A DNA stretch of 64,000 nt. It comes from Callorhinchus milii (Eukaryota). A model generated the notes under the pieces. That model was not told the DNA's origin, ran no database searches, and worked only from the letters and a program-made list of their open reading frames with translations. Below, in pieces: positions 61,961 through 64,000 of the stretch. Where the stretch lies: NCBI RefSeq assembly GCF_018977255.1, contig NW_024704783.1, positions 124,001 through 188,000 of the forward strand, in the 5' to 3' direction. The translations under genes and the position numbers were made by a program. Numbering within the stretch: position 1 is the first letter of the stretch; every line of letters begins with the position of its first letter.

Positions 61961-62999
61961 ATACCTCTGTTATTGTTCAAAATTTGTCGAAATTTTCAAA
62001 ATATCCTTCTACATGTAATTAAAATGGAGTGAGTTTACGTAATGCAGTTACAACATTAAAAATATAGCATTTCTGTGTTACTATTGCAGGTTATATTTTC
62101 GGACGGGAAACACCAAAATACTGCTTATGTGTCCCCAGGAACCTTCTCAAATGTCGCGTCCGGCAGTCAGTTGCTAAAAGAGGGTGGATCACCCAGGCTC
62201 AAGATAATTCTTTGGACTTCAATCGACAACCTTAATCATAATAATCCTTGGATTTAAAATGGCGCCGTACCATGTCTTTGAGACGGCTCGAAGCACTTCA
62301 CAAAATATGCCAAAGTGTACATTATGCGGGTTAAACGCGTCAGCTAATATAGCCCTGCAGTAAATTTAGACTGATCAATCTGAAGGCGCGTGTTTAATGA
62401 CATTACAAATCACAGGTTGTCAATCACAAATATTTCCGTGCGTCTTCCAATAATGGAGACTGGCTCATCTGCCGTATGTAATGTTCATACAATTGCTGCA
62501 TTTTAATTGCATTATTTCTCTGGTAACGAGATACAATCTAACAAACCCTGTTGATTTCAATAACATATATTTCTCTTTTGCAATAAACATTTTTTCAGTC
62601 GCATTTAAGGCTAACAGAACGATATTAATACCTGCTTATTAACTCAATGTCAAACAGCCTTGCACTTGATAAAGCGACATCTGGGGTCGTTCAAACCTCT
62701 CAACGTGCAAGAAAGGCATTTACTGCAATGACTGTATTTTATACCAACACTGCAGGTAAACGGCTCACAGCCAGCCATAAAGTGGGTGATCATTTTTTTC
62801 CCGCAGATTTTTGTCCAGGACACCTATAAAAAACTGCTTTTCTTTTCGAGACGTCATGAAGAATTGAAGAGGCGCTACATCAAGTGGACTTAATATTAAT
62901 ATTACTACAAGACCTTAAAAAAAAGCAACAAGCCTCTCTTTTCGTTTCAAGTTTTATTTCTCATGACGGCACCACCAACAATCACCAACAATCACCAAC

Positions 63000-63320
63000 A
63001 ATCACCCTCCATCGCTGTGTGTAAGGTCTGAGATGCTACCCTATGTCAGGAGCACCGTACAAATATACTTTGATTTTGTTGTCATTCTCCATTGTGAAGT
63101 CTGGACATGGGACTGTACTCCACGATTCTCCAATTGAGAGANNNNNNNNNNNNNNNNNNNNNNNNNACAGAGTCAGGGCATTGAGGATTAAATTATGAAT
63201 TAGCGGAAGCATCGACGTTGAAATAAGGGTGATATGGTCAAACAATGCCAATCCGAGACAAGTCAAAGCTATCTTTACGTTTACATTCCCATGGTATTAT
63301 ACTAACTATGTATTCTTTTT
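63000..63320 (-). pseudogene. Decayed GPCR exon-2 remnant (G5) spanning an N-gap (63142-63166)
   Basis: LFDHITLISTSMLPLIHNLILNALTL resembles TM5 (LPFVLILLLNALTV), and MENDNKIKVYLYG resembles MENRRKSIILLF. Confidence 0.55.
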
Positions 63321-63324
63321 CAAA

Positions 63325-64000
63325 TATAGGAGGAACTTGGGATTAAATCTGGGTGTAATTCTTCTACTTGAGGCAGGGGGAATGGCTGGTGTACTAAATA
63401 AGTACTTTGAAACTGTCTTCAGAAAAGGAGAGGATGTAACCAATGCAACAATATCGTAGGCGCGTGAAGAGAAATTAGATATGAAAAAAATCAACAGAGA
63501 GGAGGTACTAAAAGTGCTGTCGGTGCTCAAATTAGGAAAATCACTTGGTCCGAAAGGGGATGCCTCCTGGGGTACTGAGGGAGGTAAGGATAGAAATAGC
63601 TGAGGCTTTGGCCACAAACTTCCAATACTCTTTGGACACTGGAGTGGTGCCAGAGGACTTCAAGCTTACAAATAATACTCCATGTACAAAACTTCAGAAA
63701 GACAAACCTGATAACCACAGGCCAAAAACCTTACTTCAGTAGGGAAACTTCTGGAAACTGCAATTGGGGATAATATAAATTCTCACTGAAAAATGCGATT
63801 TCATAAGGGAACGTCGACAAGGATGTGTTAAAGGCAAGTCGCGCAGGACAAACCTAATAGAATTGTTTGAAGAAGAGGCTGAGTTGGAGATTGAATGTAC
63901 AGCAGACGTTGTTTAACAAGGCATTGGACAAAGTGCCACATAAGACAATTATATGCAATAACAACCACTTGGATATATATAGCGCATTCCACACCGGACG
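63325..64000 (+). mobile_element. CR1 LINE ORF2 fragment
   Basis: KSLGPKG..PGVLREV..EIAEAL..FQYSLDTGVVPED..KPDNHRP..TSV.GKLLE is the typical CR1 pre-RT region. Confidence 0.9.

Noticed and set aside
62738-62793. Candidate exon 1 for G4 (MITHFMAGCEPFTCSVGIK)
   Set aside because: It shares only PFxxxVGI spacing, is four codons short, lacks the YYP motif and has no GT/GC donor, so it was not annotated.

Overview
Eukaryotic genomic DNA, by inference from a cartilaginous fish, rich in L2 and CR1 LINEs and a tRNA-derived SINE, with two N-gaps. It has three zones. (1) 1-17.2 kb: plus-strand T-cell receptor alpha/delta-type V segments. Three are clear, each with a recognisable RSS, and two or three more are decayed remnants; all are defective. 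An intact six-exon RING-B-box-coiled-coil-PRY/SPRY TRIM gene (473 aa, minus strand) is embedded among them. (2) 18.4-19.8 kb: two divergent tRNA-Ser genes. (3) 21.4-64 kb: a birth-and-death cluster of two-exon GPR139/GPR142-like class A GPCR genes. It holds one fully intact gene, one intact exon 2 with no clear exon 1, two pseudogenes, an orphan 70-nt exon 1 and two fragments. This zone also has minisatellites, a probable solo LTR, old tandem duplications and a paired ZNF143-motif promoter at 58.0 kb. No D, J or C segments were found. All coordinates and alignments were read by eye.
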